Shown here one piece after another: positions 27,363 to 37,134 of a stretch of 38,784 nucleotides of DNA. Under the pieces are notes generated by a model, which was not told the origin of the DNA, did not search any database, and saw only the letters and a list, made by a program, of their open reading frames with translations. The translations under genes were made by a program, and so were the position numbers. Numbering within the stretch: position 1 is the stretch's first letter; the number at the start of each line of letters is the position of its first letter. The DNA lies in the NCBI GenBank assembly GCA_017610385.1, contig JAFCCC010000008.1:1-38784 (forward strand), read 5' to 3'. This stretch comes from Candidatus Nanohalarchaeota archaeon (GTDB taxonomy: Archaea > Nanohalarchaeota > Nanosalinia > Nanosalinales > JAFCCC01).

Positions 27363-27668
27363 ATGGCTGCAAATGTTCTAGATTATTCAGAAATTATAGG
27401 AAAAGATGTATTTACAGATAGAGGTGCCTTTTGTGGTAAAATAAAGGATATTGAACTAGACTTACCAAAATTTAGAATTAGGTCAATAGTTGTAGATGCT
27501 GCAAGAGGATCTTACCTAGAAGAAAAAGTGGGGGGTAAGAAAGGCGTTCTAGTTCCTTACGGGATGGTCAATGCAGTAGAGGATGTTGTTGTAATAAAAC
27601 ATTTTGCTGCAAATACCGAGGATGTATCAAAGCCTTCTTCTGAAAAAGAAAGAGTCAATGAAGATTAA
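27363..27668 (+). CDS. PRC-barrel domain protein (CdpB-like candidate cell-division accessory factor)
   Basis: SEIIGKDVFTDRG...GKIKDIELD and VPYGMVNAVEDVVVI; GAGGT SD upstream. Confidence 0.85.
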   Translation: MAANVLDYSEIIGKDVFTDRGAFCGKIKDIELDLPKFRIRSIVVDAARGSYLEEKVGGKKGVLVPYGMVNAVEDVVVIKHFAANTEDVSKPSSEKERVNED

Positions 27669-28669
27669 TTTAGCTCTTTTGGAAAGTTTGTTAAAACTTC
27701 TTTCCTACCTTTTTTATTTATTATAAGATCATCTTCTAACCGAACTCCCCCGATTTTTGGAACATAGAGCCCAGGTTCAATTGTAAATACATTTCCTTTT
27801 TCTAGTTTTTTATTTTGAGAAATTTTCTCATGAACTTCGGTTCCTACTCCATGACCTAATAAATGGAGGTAATTTTTTCTTAAATCATAACCTTTGGTTT
27901 TCACTAATTTCTCAATATTTTGTGATATTTTTTCATAAGAAGCATTTTCTTTCACCTGAGACGTGGCGATAGTATTTAGGTCTAAAACATCATTGTATAG
28001 TTTTTCTTGTTTTTTATTTGGGTCTAAACAAAATGTTCGGGTCATATCTGAACAGTAGTTTTGATATCTCACGCCCATATCTAAAATAACCAGATCTTTT
28101 TTGGTTATTTTTTTACTATTACTTAATCTGTGTGGTTGACATGAATTTACCTGAACTAAGGGATCAAAAGAAGGCAAACACTTTTTCTTTAAAATTTCCA
28201 TTTGAATTAGAGAATAAAGTTCCCATTCTGTGAGTTTGTCATTGAGTGCATTTCTTGCTTTTTCTAATATTTTTTCAGTAATCTTGCATGCTTTTTTAAT
28301 CTTAAAAAGTTCTTTTGTTGTTTTGATTGTACGCACGTTTTCAATCAATTCAGTTACTTTGACCTTTGGAAAGATTTTCTTTAATATTTGATTTATCTCT
28401 GAATCAGATTCAATTTTTCCTTTTAACTTAAGGTTTTTCAACAAGTGAATGGCTTCGTCTTTGCTTGTATAAATCTCCTTAGGATCAAAATCAAAATAAG
28501 TATAAAAATTAGAAGTAATTAATTTGAGATTTTCTTGAGAAATAATAAATATTCCTTGTACTTCTTGTTCAAAAATATAAAACAAATTGGAGGGATTTGT
28601 AACTATTAGAGAATTTAGTTTCTTTTTTTCCATTTGAATTCTAATTTGCGTAAGTGCTTCTTGATTCAT
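27665..28669 (-). CDS. Xaa-Pro aminopeptidase/prolidase (M24B)
   Basis: Metal ligands DMG...SDMTRT, GHGVGTEVHE, TIEPGLY and GVRLEDD. Confidence 0.92.
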   Translation of the reverse strand: MNQEALTQIRIQMEKKKLNSLIVTNPSNLFYIFEQEVQGIFIISQENLKLITSNFYTYFDFDPKEIYTSKDEAIHLLKNLKLKGKIESDSEINQILKKIFPKVKVTELIENVRTIKTTKELFKIKKACKITEKILEKARNALNDKLTEWELYSLIQMEILKKKCLPSFDPLVQVNSCQPHRLSNSKKITKKDLVILDMGVRYQNYCSDMTRTFCLDPNKKQEKLYNDVLDLNTIATSQVKENASYEKISQNIEKLVKTKGYDLRKNYLHLLGHGVGTEVHEKISQNKKLEKGNVFTIEPGLYVPKIGGVRLEDDLIINKKGRKEVLTNFPKELN

Positions 28670-28830
28670 TATAGATATAATACAAATATTACATAGTATA
28701 AATGTTGTGTTTTTTGAGGGAGGATTAGTATGTCTTGGTATTCTCGTTGTTTGTTTAGATTACGCATAGCGAAACGTTTTTAATGTTATGCAATAAAGCA
28801 AGTGTATTAACCAATAAAGGAGGAAATGAA

Positions 28831-29136
28831 ATGAATTTAATTTATAGCGCATTGATGCTTCACGAAGCAAAGAAAGAAATTAATGAAGATAATGTAAAAA
28901 AGTTAGTCCAATCTATTGGAATTAAAGTAGATGATGCACAGATTAAGGCGTTAGTAACTGCTCTAGATGGAGTAGATATAGATGATGCAATTTCTAAATC
29001 AGTGAGTACAGCTCCAGTAGCGATATCACCAGCTGCAGTCAGCGGAGAGTCAAAGATTGAAGAAAAAGCAGAAAAGGAAGAAGAAAAAGCTAGCGAAGAA
29101 GAAGCAGCAGCAGGACTTGCAGGATTGTTTGGCTAA
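28831..29136 (+). CDS. rpl12: Archaeal ribosomal stalk protein P1/L12
   Basis: MNLIYSALMLHEAKKEINE...EEEAAAGLAGLFG; GGAGG SD at 28819-28823 favours ATG 28831. Confidence 0.95.
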   Translation: MNLIYSALMLHEAKKEINEDNVKKLVQSIGIKVDDAQIKALVTALDGVDIDDAISKSVSTAPVAISPAAVSGESKIEEKAEKEEEKASEEEAAAGLAGLFG

Positions 29137-29166
29137 ACAATCAGCCAAGCATTATATTTCTTTTTT
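29123..29166 (+). terminator. Hairpin plus T-tract at the end of rpl12
   Basis: GATTGTTT/AAACAATC stem (alternative TTGGCT/AGCCAA) followed by TTTCTTTTTT. Confidence 0.45.
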
Positions 29167-29244
29167 AAATTAAGCAATTAGAGGGATCTATCTTCTTGGT
29201 TCTATTATGAAGTTTTTTATTCTACACAATACAAATAGTTTACC

Positions 29245-30447
29245 ATGAATGTTATTACCAGTTTGTTGATATTTGCAGCAATCATAATTTTTGGATTTAT
29301 TTCTAATGCGATATTCAAGAAAACTAGAATTCCAGATCTTATTTGGCTTATGCTTTTGGGCATAATAATCGGTCCAGTGACGGGTTTACTGAATCGCGGT
29401 GCAATTGTTTCACTGATGCCATATTTATCTGCTCTTGCATTACTATTCATTTTATTTGACGCGGGACTGAACATGAATTTATATAAATTACTAAAGGAAA
29501 TGCCGCGGGGATCTTTACTCGCATTTATTTCATTTGGATTCTCTATGCTGGCTGTAGGCTTTATTTCCTATTATTTTTTAGAATTAAACTTAACTACGGG
29601 TTTGTTATTGGGCGCAATTGTGGGGGGCGTAAGCTCTGCAATTGTCATTCCAATTATGTCTGGTCTGCGATCAATCAATGATCATACTTCTTTAATTTTA
29701 GAAATTGAATCTGTGATTACAGATCCATTAGCAATTATCGTTAGTTTGGCGCTAGTGGCAATTATTTCTTCTGGAGCTTCTGGACTTAGTGGGGTGGGAA
29801 GTGCGATTCAATTAACAATTAGTTCGTTTTCTATTTCAATTGTATTTGGACTTTTCGCAGGCATTTTGTGGTTAGTTTTGCTTCAGCATCTCAAGGGAGA
29901 AGATTATTTTTATATTTTAACCTTGGGATTTTTGTTCTTGCTATATGGTATTGTAGAATTGCTCGGGGGGAGTGGGGCCATTTCTGCATTAATTATTGGA
30001 TTGGTTCTAGGAAATGGTCAATCTATCGGTAGAATGTTACGATCTAAAACATTATGTGTTAATATGCCCGCCAAAACAAGGGCTCTACAATCAGAAATTT
30101 CCTTTTTCATTAAAACGTTCTTTTTTGTTTCCTTGGGTGCGATAATTACATTTGATAAAATAAGTTTGATTTTGTATGGAATAATGATTTCTTTAATTTT
30201 GTTATTTGTAAGATCACTAGCTGTTTGGATAAGTACATATCATTCTAAATTTGAAAAAGTTGATAAAGCAATAATGGCATTTATGCTCCCACGAGGATTA
30301 TCTGCGGCAGTCCTAGCAACAATAATTTTAGTAGAATATTCTCTTCCCGGAACAGAGGTATTTGCAGAAGTGATTTTCTCGATTATATTTAGTACGGCGA
30401 TTTTATCTACGTTAGGTGTTGGTACTATTGCGATTAATAAAAAATGA
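29245..30447 (+). CDS. Cation:proton antiporter (CPA1/NhaP-type)
   Basis: About 12 TM helices; ILFDAGL, LEIESVITDPL, FFIKTFFFVSLG and PRGLSAAVLA. Confidence 0.92.
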   Translation: MNVITSLLIFAAIIIFGFISNAIFKKTRIPDLIWLMLLGIIIGPVTGLLNRGAIVSLMPYLSALALLFILFDAGLNMNLYKLLKEMPRGSLLAFISFGFSMLAVGFISYYFLELNLTTGLLLGAIVGGVSSAIVIPIMSGLRSINDHTSLILEIESVITDPLAIIVSLALVAIISSGASGLSGVGSAIQLTISSFSISIVFGLFAGILWLVLLQHLKGEDYFYILTLGFLFLLYGIVELLGGSGAISALIIGLVLGNGQSIGRMLRSKTLCVNMPAKTRALQSEISFFIKTFFFVSLGAIITFDKISLILYGIMISLILLFVRSLAVWISTYHSKFEKVDKAIMAFMLPRGLSAAVLATIILVEYSLPGTEVFAEVIFSIIFSTAILSTLGVGTIAINKK

Positions 30448-30491
30448 TTGTTAGTTATTTTAATTTTTGTATCTAATGGAGTTTTAAGAGA

Positions 30492-33278
30492 ATGGAAATA
30501 GACAAACAACTCAAAGAAAAATATCGGAAAATATTTTCACAAAATCCAGAGAAATATTATCCTGTAGAATTTTTAAAGAATTTAAATTTAGTTAGAGGAA
30601 AATGTAAAAAATGTGGTAAGTTTTTTTGGAGTACAGACCCCGCAAGAGATGTTTGCGGAGATGGTGCATGTACGGAAACTTATTCTTTTTTAGATAAAAG
30701 AGTGAAACGCTTGAATTTCACGCAAACGTGGAAGAAATTCTCAAAAATTTTGAAAAATCAAGGATATACGGAAATAAAGAGATATCCGGTTTCTGCACGT
30801 TGGCGAGATGATTTACATTTTGTAGAAGCATCTGTTGATGATTTTATCCCATATGTTGTTTCAGGAGAAATTAAACCACCAGCCAAAGCACTAATTGTAC
30901 CTCAATTCTGTCTGAGGTTTAATGATATTGCAAATATTGGAGTTACTGGAGCGCATTATTCTTTATTTACTATGATTGGTCAACATAGATTTGAAACACC
31001 CAAAGATTATAAACCAAATGAATATCTGTCTCATTTGTATAAATGGTTCAATAAGGGATTGGGCTTGAATGCAAAAGATCTTGTGTTTCATGAAGATTTC
31101 TGGGCGGGTTCTGGTAATTTTGGGCCGTGTGTTGAAGTTTTCGGTGGGGGATTAGAACTAGCAAATCAGGTTTATATGCAGTATAAACAAACTGCAAATT
31201 CCTACAAGGAACTGAAACTAAAGGTTTTAGATATGGGCTTGGGTCAAGAAAGAAACTGTTGGTTTGCATCAAACAAAATTAATTCATATGAAGCAGTTTT
31301 TCCAACCATATGTTCTAAATTAAGAAAACAACTTGGTTTGAAGTTTGATGAAAAATTATTGAAAAAATTTGTAATTTATTCTAGCGTATTAAATGATACA
31401 AAAGATAAAACGAAAACATTACAATATATTTCAAAAAAAATCAATGTGGACTATTTAACATTAAAAGCGCTTGTTGAAAAAACGTCATCATTTTATTCCA
31501 TAATAGATCACTCACGAGCGCTTTTAGTTGCTATCTCTGATGGAGTTTTGCCATCAAATGTTGGTGGAGGCTATAATTTAAGAGCAATATTCAGAAGGTC
31601 TTTTGATATAATTGAACAATTTAATTGGAATATTAATATTTCTGACCTGGTGGCGTGGCATAGTAAAGATTTGAAAAAATTACATCCTGAATTAAGTGAA
31701 AATCTTGATGAAATTCAAGAGATACTTCGCCATGAAAGAAAGAAATATTTTTCAACTAAAAAAAGCGCTGAGAAAATAATTTCATCCATTAAAAAAACTC
31801 CAACTGAATCAGATCTATTAACCTTGTATAAATCTCGGGGAATTAGTCCAGAAATGTTAATTAAATCAGGATTAAAAATAAAAGTTCCAGACGAGTTTTA
31901 TCTTAAATTAACAGAAAATCAGAATCAAGAGAAACTTTATAGTACAATTAAAAAAACAGTTTATTCAGAATTAGATAATTTGAAGGAAACAGAACTACTT
32001 TATAGAACAGATGATTATCTAAGAGAATTTAATGCAAAGGTTGTGAAGTCCTTTAGAGATTTTGTGGTTTTAGATAAGACGGCATTTTATCCAACCTCTG
32101 GCGGCCAAGCGCATGATTTGGGAACTATTAATAAATCAGAAATCATTGATGTTACGAAAATCAATGGAATTATATTGCATAAAATAAAAGGCATAAATCA
32201 GTTTAAGAGTGGAGATGTTGTTCATGGAGAAATAGAGTGGAAAAGAAGATTACAGTTAATGCAACATCATACTGCAACACACATAATTAATGGTGTTTCT
32301 AGATCACTTCTTGGAAATCATATTTGGCAAGCTGGTGCAGAAAAAACTGTGGAAAAAGCCCGATTGGATTTAACTCATTATGAAAAATTAGACCAAAAAA
32401 CATTAAAGTTAATTGAGAAAAAATCTAATGACATTATTAAGCAAGGTGTGCCAATAAAAAAAGAACTTTTAACTAAGACTCAGGCAGAAAAAAAATACGG
32501 TTTTAGATTATATCAAGGAGGTGCGATTCCAACAAATATTCTGCGTGTTGTTTCTATTGGTGAATTAGATACTGAGGCGTGTGGTGGAACACATTTGAAT
32601 AATACGCGAGAGGTTGGAAGAATTAAAATCATTGGGTCTAAGAAAATTCAGGACGGAGTTATAAGAATAGAATTTAAAGCTGGTGAAGCATTAGAACACC
32701 ATACAAATTTGGAAAAAGGTCAAAAAGCAAAAATTGCAAAATTATTTGATATTAAAGAAACTGAAAAAATAAATCTGCAAGGGATTTCTGAAATTTATTC
32801 TGTGGGAGTAAATCAAATACTAAAAACACTAAATAAATTTATACGGGAGTGGAATTTACAAAAAGCAGAAATTAAATTATTAGACACATTAAAGGAATAT
32901 GTTGGCGTTTTTAAAGAAATTCCAAGAGGATTAGGGGGTCCAAGAAAGTTATTTGCGGAATGGAAAAATCAAAAGAAAATCATTGATAAATTAAAAAAGA
33001 ATTTGGAATCTAAAATAATTTTAGAGCTTTCTTCTAAAAAAGAAAAGGTAATTGAAAAAAAAGTCAATATTTCTGACCTGGGATCATTAATTAGAATTTC
33101 TAAACAAATTACAGAAAAGAATCCGAAATTATGTGTAATTTTAATAAGTACTAAGTTTGTGGTTGGTTGCGCAGGAAAAGATTCTAAAATAAGCGCTCTA
33201 GATCAAATTAGAAAATTAGCGTCAGTCGTTCAAGGCAATTCTAGATTTGCAAAGGGATTTAAACTAAAGGGATCTTAA
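30492..33278 (+). CDS. alaS: Alanine--tRNA ligase, archaeal type, single polypeptide
   Basis: CKKCG..FW zinc knuckle, YPVSARWR, PQFCLRFND, GLELANQVYMQY, DMGLGQER, TAFYPTSGGQ, HHTATH and ACGGTH editing site. Confidence 0.97.
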   Translation: MEIDKQLKEKYRKIFSQNPEKYYPVEFLKNLNLVRGKCKKCGKFFWSTDPARDVCGDGACTETYSFLDKRVKRLNFTQTWKKFSKILKNQGYTEIKRYPVSARWRDDLHFVEASVDDFIPYVVSGEIKPPAKALIVPQFCLRFNDIANIGVTGAHYSLFTMIGQHRFETPKDYKPNEYLSHLYKWFNKGLGLNAKDLVFHEDFWAGSGNFGPCVEVFGGGLELANQVYMQYKQTANSYKELKLKVLDMGLGQERNCWFASNKINSYEAVFPTICSKLRKQLGLKFDEKLLKKFVIYSSVLNDTKDKTKTLQYISKKINVDYLTLKALVEKTSSFYSIIDHSRALLVAISDGVLPSNVGGGYNLRAIFRRSFDIIEQFNWNINISDLVAWHSKDLKKLHPELSENLDEIQEILRHERKKYFSTKKSAEKIISSIKKTPTESDLLTLYKSRGISPEMLIKSGLKIKVPDEFYLKLTENQNQEKLYSTIKKTVYSELDNLKETELLYRTDDYLREFNAKVVKSFRDFVVLDKTAFYPTSGGQAHDLGTINKSEIIDVTKINGIILHKIKGINQFKSGDVVHGEIEWKRRLQLMQHHTATHIINGVSRSLLGNHIWQAGAEKTVEKARLDLTHYEKLDQKTLKLIEKKSNDIIKQGVPIKKELLTKTQAEKKYGFRLYQGGAIPTNILRVVSIGELDTEACGGTHLNNTREVGRIKIIGSKKIQDGVIRIEFKAGEALEHHTNLEKGQKAKIAKLFDIKETEKINLQGISEIYSVGVNQILKTLNKFIREWNLQKAEIKLLDTLKEYVGVFKEIPRGLGGPRKLFAEWKNQKKIIDKLKKNLESKIILELSSKKEKVIEKKVNISDLGSLIRISKQITEKNPKLCVILISTKFVVGCAGKDSKISALDQIRKLASVVQGNSRFAKGFKLKGS

Positions 33279-33761
33279 CGCACAAATATCTGGAGGATAA
33301 ATTAAATTCTGACAAATAAAATCTTCAATAAAGGTTGAATTAACTTCATTCAGCTGCTCTGTTTTTGCCCAAGACATAATGGTAATTCTAGAAGGATTAG
33401 TTTCATCAGGAGAAATATAAACTCGTGGATAATAGGTATTAGCTATCTGAGATAAATTTGAAATCAAAGGAATGCAATCAGAACAATTATATTCTATCCA
33501 AATCCCACCAATTTGACGTTCTACTGGAATTTTTGGGTGTGTATTGGGCTTTTCAATTAAAAGAACATCGCGCTGTATTTCTTGTGAAATAGGCGTATCA
33601 AAAATATTTTGAGTTAAAAATATTCTTTCATGCGTGTTGGTAGAATCAGCAGGCTTAGAAAATAATGCGAACCCGAGTGCCGAACCAATAAAAAGAATTA
33701 AAGTAAATAATGTAAAATATTTGCCCTTGTTGTGAGATTTTTTCTTTTTTCTTTTTACCAT
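33264..33761 (-). CDS. Membrane-anchored hypothetical protein with CxxC (thioredoxin-like fold possible)
   Basis: Basic N-terminus, TM helix, YNCSDC motif. Confidence 0.65.
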   Translation of the reverse strand: MVKRKKKKSHNKGKYFTLFTLILFIGSALGFALFSKPADSTNTHERIFLTQNIFDTPISQEIQRDVLLIEKPNTHPKIPVERQIGGIWIEYNCSDCIPLISNLSQIANTYYPRVYISPDETNPSRITIMSWAKTEQLNEVNSTFIEDFICQNLIYPPDICALRSL

Positions 33762-33820
33762 ATTATATTAAATCACGATAAACCTTATAAAAATGCCGAA
33801 CCTCAATCAATAAGATTAAT

Positions 33821-34231
33821 ATGATATTAGGTATTTCATTAGACAAAATAAGTGTGGAAAGAAAAGATTATGGAAAAGGAGAATTTAAGGTTTCTTATGC
33901 TTCCGAAATAGAAGACATTAAAGAAGCAGATATCGCTGCAATGAATGAAAAGGTGGGTGAGCTATTATTTTCTTTTGACGTTACATACACTCAAGCAGAG
34001 AAGGACGTCGGTTCATTAAAATTTAAAGGAAGTGTACTTTGGAAAGGAGACTTAAAAGAACTTAAGGAAAAATGGGCTGCTAATAAAAAACTTCCAGAGG
34101 GTGTTGGATTAACTGTATTAAATGGCATCTATAGAAAATGTTTAATATTGGGTGCTGGATTATCTGAACAACTCGGGTTGCCGTCTCCAATTCCAATGCC
34201 GCGGGTTTCTTTGAAAAAGAATGAAAAGTAA
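33821..34231 (+). CDS. Conserved archaeal hypothetical protein
   Basis: G....KISVER...F.F...Y...G.L...G and LGLPSPIPMPRV pattern; CTTATAAA TATA at 33784-33791. Confidence 0.75.
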   Translation: MILGISLDKISVERKDYGKGEFKVSYASEIEDIKEADIAAMNEKVGELLFSFDVTYTQAEKDVGSLKFKGSVLWKGDLKELKEKWAANKKLPEGVGLTVLNGIYRKCLILGAGLSEQLGLPSPIPMPRVSLKKNEK

Positions 34232-34269
34232 CTGCAACTTATTTAATGTGATCAAGTGTATAGAATAAT

Positions 34270-35652
34270 ATGACTACAAACAATATGAAGTGTTTTTTTG
34301 AGCCAAAATCTATTGCAGTTATTGGTGCATCTAATAATCCAAATAAATTTGGTCATATTGTTCTTCTTAATTTGATTCAGAGCGAGTATAAAGGCAAAAT
34401 TTATCCAGTCAACTTGAAAGAAAAAGAGATTATGGGACATAAATGTTATGATTCTGTGAAAAAAATTAAAGAGGATATTGATTTGGCTGTGGTAATTGTG
34501 CCGCCAAGCATTTCTAATGAAGTTGTTAAAGAGTGCGTTGAGGAAAAAATACCTTCGGTAATTATGATTACCGCAGGATATAAGGAAATTGGGGGTGCTG
34601 GAATCAAACGAGAAGAAGAGTTAATTAAAATTTTAAAAAATGGAAATACGCGATTGATTGGACCGAATTGTTTGGGTATATGGGACGGATATTCGGGAGT
34701 AGACACTATGTTCCTTCCGGTTTATAAATTGAAGCGACCGGATGCAGGTTCAATTGCGATTATATCTCAAAGCGGGGCCTTTGGTTCAGTAATTTTGGAC
34801 ATGGCCTCTGACAAAAAAATTGGAATCTCCCGTTTCATAAGCTACGGAAATGCGACAGATATTTCTGAAACAGATTTATTGAGTTATTTAGGGAAAGATT
34901 CTAAAACAAAGGCGATAGTTGCCTATATTGAAGGAATAAATAATGGAGAAAAATTTATGCGGGTTTTAAAAAAAGTTTCATTAAAAAAACCTGTTGTTAT
35001 TTTAAAATCTGGTAAATCTAAAAAAGGCAGTAGTGCGGCCACATCACACACAGGAAGTTTGGCAGGATCATATGAAGTATATAAGGGGGTTATGAAACAA
35101 TGTGGTGCTATAGAAGCCACCAATATAGAACAATTATTTGATTTTGCTAAGGTTTTATCTTCTGCTCCTCGTTTGTATGGAAATAATATCGCGGTCGTTA
35201 CCAATGGTGGCGGCTTTGGGGTTTTAAGTACAGATTCTATAGAAAAAAATAAGTTAGATTTGCCTAATTTTGCTGGTAAAATTAAATCACAACTAGAAAA
35301 AATAATACCAAGTTATGCGACAGCGCACAATCCATTGGATTTAATCGGTGATGCAGATCCTGAAAGATATAGAAAAGCATTGAATATTATCAAAAAAGAC
35401 AAAAATATCAATGGAATTCTGATTGTTTCCTTGATGCAAACAGGACCAATGGATTCTAATATAATTGATGTGTTAGTGGACTTTAAGAATTCTTATAAGA
35501 AACCTTTTGTGGTTTGTTTGGCTGGCGGAGAGTATGTTAAACTTCATGCGCAGACAATGGAAGATGCGGGTATTTCCACATATGAAATACCTGCTAGAGC
35601 TGTTGGAGCTTTAAGAGCTTTGTACCAATATGGGCAATGGAAAAAAGAATAG
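34270..35652 (+). CDS. acdA: Acetate--CoA ligase (ADP-forming) alpha subunit
   Basis: PKSIAVIGAS, RLIGPNCLG, ISQSGA, SHTGSLAG (phospho-His), VTNGGGFGV and NPLDLIGDA; no fused beta subunit. Confidence 0.93.
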   Translation: MTTNNMKCFFEPKSIAVIGASNNPNKFGHIVLLNLIQSEYKGKIYPVNLKEKEIMGHKCYDSVKKIKEDIDLAVVIVPPSISNEVVKECVEEKIPSVIMITAGYKEIGGAGIKREEELIKILKNGNTRLIGPNCLGIWDGYSGVDTMFLPVYKLKRPDAGSIAIISQSGAFGSVILDMASDKKIGISRFISYGNATDISETDLLSYLGKDSKTKAIVAYIEGINNGEKFMRVLKKVSLKKPVVILKSGKSKKGSSAATSHTGSLAGSYEVYKGVMKQCGAIEATNIEQLFDFAKVLSSAPRLYGNNIAVVTNGGGFGVLSTDSIEKNKLDLPNFAGKIKSQLEKIIPSYATAHNPLDLIGDADPERYRKALNIIKKDKNINGILIVSLMQTGPMDSNIIDVLVDFKNSYKKPFVVCLAGGEYVKLHAQTMEDAGISTYEIPARAVGALRALYQYGQWKKE

Positions 35653-35786
35653 TTGTTTCATTTCTTAAGAACAATGTATGAATGTATCAAAAAAGAAAGT
35701 TAGATAAACTATGTTCTATAAAAATAGGTTATACTCTAACAAAGAGTTGTATGGCTCTTATCACAAAATATGCGAGGTAACTAAAG

Positions 35787-37134
35787 GTGGATGAAATACC
35801 AGAAAAGGTAATTATAATGGGTGCTGCAGGAAGAGATTGAATATAAGATGTGTCTTTTGTTCCTCTTATTCCATAACTTCAACACTCATTTTAGGAATAA
35901 TAAAAGGTATAAGGTAATTTGTTTTACTGCCACACAGATTCCAGATATCTCTGGAAGAAAATATCCAAAAGAGCTTGCTGGTAAATTATATCCTTTTGGT
36001 ATTCCAATTTATGCAGAAAGTGAGTTATCAAAATTAATTGAAAAATATGATGTAGATAAAGTTGTTTTGGCATATTCTGATTTGAAATATGAGGATGTTA
36101 TGCACAAAGCATCATTGGTTTTATCTTTGGGTTCTGATTTTGAACTAATTGGTCCAAAAAATTCTATGTACAAATCAGAAGTTCCTGTAATCTCTATTTG
36201 TGCTGTAAGGACGGGTTGTGGTAAGAGTGAAACAACGCGTTATATTGCAAATTTATTGAAATCATTAGGGAAACATGTGGTGGTTATTCGTCATCCGATG
36301 CCTTATGGAACTTTGAAAGAACAAAGGATTCAACGATATGAAACCTTAGAGGATTTAAAAAAATATAAATGCACCATTGAAGAAAGAGAAGAATATGAAC
36401 AGCACATTAAAGAAGGAACTATTGTTTATGCTGGTGTGGATTATTATGATATTTTAAAAGAAGCTGAGAAAGAAGCAGATATAATATTGTGGGATGGGGG
36501 CAATAATGATTTTTCATTTTATTATTCTGATTTGAAAATTGTAATTGCGGATCCGCATCGAGCTGGAGATGAAATTGCATATTATCCAGGAGAAGTTAAT
36601 TTGAGAATGGCAGATATTATTCTAATTAACAAAGTAAGAACTGCTGAAGTTGAGAATATTGAAAAAATTAAAAATAATATTAATATTTATAATCCAAATG
36701 CAGAAGTTTTAGAAACAGAGTCTAAAATTTCTTTGGATAAAAAAGTGGATTTAAAAGATAAAAGAGTGCTGGTTATTGAAGATGGACCAACACTAACTCA
36801 TGGAGGAATGAAATATGGTGCTGGTTTTATTATAACTAAACGAAGTGGGGCACACATAATCAATCCTAATTTGTATGCTAAAGGAGAAATTAAGAAAATT
36901 TTAAAGAAATTTAAATTAGAAAATATTGTTCCTGCAATGGGGTATTCTAAAAAAGAAATTATAGACTTGGAAAGAACAATTAATGCTTCTGCATGTGATT
37001 TTGTTGTAGATGCATCTCCAGTTAATTTAAATTCAATTTTGAAAGTGAATAAACAGATTATTCAAGTGAAATATAATTTAGAACTTGTTGATGGAAATTT
37101 GGAAAAATTAATTGTGGAAAAACTAAAATTATAA
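35787..37134 (+). CDS. Spliced CDS join(35787..35837,35869..37134), 438 aa: COG2403-type P-loop GTPase family (cDPGS-like; probable arginine synthetase ArcE-like)
   Basis: SD GAGGT at 35774-35778 then GTG 35787. Exon 1 MDEIPEKVIIMGAAGRD joins exon 2 FHNFNTHFRNN..Y.V.CFTATQIPDI.GR.YP. Also AVRTGCGKS, IRHPMPYG, WDGGNND and EDGPTLTHGGM. The track's GTG 35821 N-terminus is an artefact of reading through the intron. Confidence 0.9.
35838..35868 (+). other. 31-nt bulge-helix-bulge intron in an mRNA
   Basis: GGA/UCC exon helix, AGAG/CUCU 4-bp central helix, bulges AU|U and UA|U, 10-position intron stem with one mismatch; excision restores frame and motif. Confidence 0.9.

Noticed and set aside
28783-28830. 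Extended N-terminus of rpl12 given by the track
   Set aside because: It overlaps the promoter; the SD and family N-terminus point to ATG 28831.
30492-33278. Split or intron/intein-containing AlaRS as in Nanoarchaeum
   Set aside because: A single continuous ORF of normal size with all motifs; only a minor repeated F.EW..QK..I..L helix near the C-terminus.
1746-35204. Numerous 60-116 aa antisense or alternate-frame ORFs in the track (e.g. 1746, 2632, 3359, 9921, 13451, 26570, 34446)
   Set aside because: They lie wholly or largely within well-supported genes and show no motifs; they are shadow ORFs.
35838-35846. UGA readthrough (Sec/recoding) or programmed frameshift as the explanation for the split GTPase-family gene
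   Set aside because: A UAA follows two codons later, 31 extra nt would remain inside a conserved motif, and TGA serves as a normal stop elsewhere in the window. BHB excision explains it exactly.
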